Assembly: GCA_963704195.1 (NCBI GenBank)
Contig: CAVPHH010000009.1
Span: 296,821-360,820 of the forward strand
Length of the DNA stretch: 64,000 bases
Origin: an uncultured beta proteobacterium
GTDB taxonomy: Bacteria > Pseudomonadota > Gammaproteobacteria > Burkholderiales > Rhodocyclaceae
Direction: 5' to 3'
Part shown: one piece after another, positions 63,418 through 64,000 of the stretch
How the letters are laid out: the number at the start of each line of letters is the position of its first letter
How positions within the stretch are numbered: position 1 is the stretch's first letter
Position numbers and translations under genes: made by a program
Notes under the pieces: generated by a model
What the model was told of the DNA's origin: nothing
The model's input: the letters and a program-made list of their open reading frames with translations, nothing else
Database searches by the model: none

Positions 63418-64000
63418 TGGCAACAGACATCCAGATCTCCATCGTCGGCTCGGCCGGCGACGGCACCATCGCCGCCGGCGACATCCTCAAGAACGCGCTG
63501 GCCGGCATGGGCTACAAGATCATCAGCTTCGATATCTACCCGCCCGAGATTCGCGGCTTCGGCAAGTGCATCGCGCGCATGCGTATCACCACCGAGCAGG
63601 CCTATTCGCTCAAGCACAAGTCCGACGTGCTCATTTCGCTCGACGACAGCCATGCCATCCCGCACGCTGGCGAGGTGCGCGAGTGCGGCGCCGTGATCTA
63701 TGAGCGCGCCTCCATCGTGCAGTTGCCGGAAGGCGGCCATATCAGCGCCCATATCGGACCGGGCCAGTTGCCCTACCCGGTGCCGATTCGCGAACTGGCC
63801 GAGAAAAGCACCAGCGCCAACCGTTCGCGCAACATCGTCGTGCTGGGTTTCCTCGCCGGACTGCTCGACCTGCCCGATGAGGCCTTCCTCAAGGCCATTG
63901 CGCGGAAATTCAAGCGCAAGGCGGAGGCTGCCGCGGCCGGCGAGGCGGCCTACCGCATCGGACGCGAATTCGCGGCGCAGACCTTCAAGCTGGACGACGT
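63417..64000 (+). CDS. 2-oxoacid:acceptor oxidoreductase alpha subunit (partial; runs off window end)
   Basis: Manual translation from GTG at 63417: MATDIQISIVGSAGDGTIAAGDIL...YPPEIRGFG, a POR gamma-type N-terminal domain. Confidence 0.8.
   Translation, partial: MATDIQISIVGSAGDGTIAAGDILKNALAGMGYKIISFDIYPPEIRGFGKCIARMRITTEQAYSLKHKSDVLISLDDSHAIPHAGEVRECGAVIYERASIVQLPEGGHISAHIGPGQLPYPVPIRELAEKSTSANRSRNIVVLGFLAGLLDLPDEAFLKAIARKFKRKAEAAAAGEAAYRIGREFAAQTFKLDD

Overview
A high-GC chromosomal window. Gene content and order (prfB-lysS, recJ/lolCD/comEC, box cluster) suggest a betaproteobacterium, probably Rhodocyclales-like (inference). From left to right it holds: a Pseudomonas-type LPS core cluster (OafA-like acyltransferase, several WaaP/InaA-family kinases, waaG, msbA); tRNA-Val, gltX, mnmC, lysS, prfB (programmed frameshift), recJ, lolC/D, an MCP and comEC; an FccB-like flavoprotein; the aerobic benzoyl-CoA (box) cluster with boxABC, boxR, benzoate-CoA ligase and an ABC importer, interrupted by a ColR/ColS-like two-component system; an AT-rich relic resembling a decayed integron platform; periplasmic msrAB; a glutamate-cysteine-ligase-like gene paired with an M14 peptidase; and a GltD-like/flavoprotein/2-oxoacid oxidoreductase operon. 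Nine genes' worth of breaks can each be repaired by removing one base, so they are most likely sequencing errors. At least six families of palindromic repeats occur. The most unusual signal is a repeat family that sits in operon stop/start junctions, is flanked by an 8-bp duplication of the junction, and is itself a mini-ORF that could relay translational coupling. All annotations are by eye; no database searches were run.
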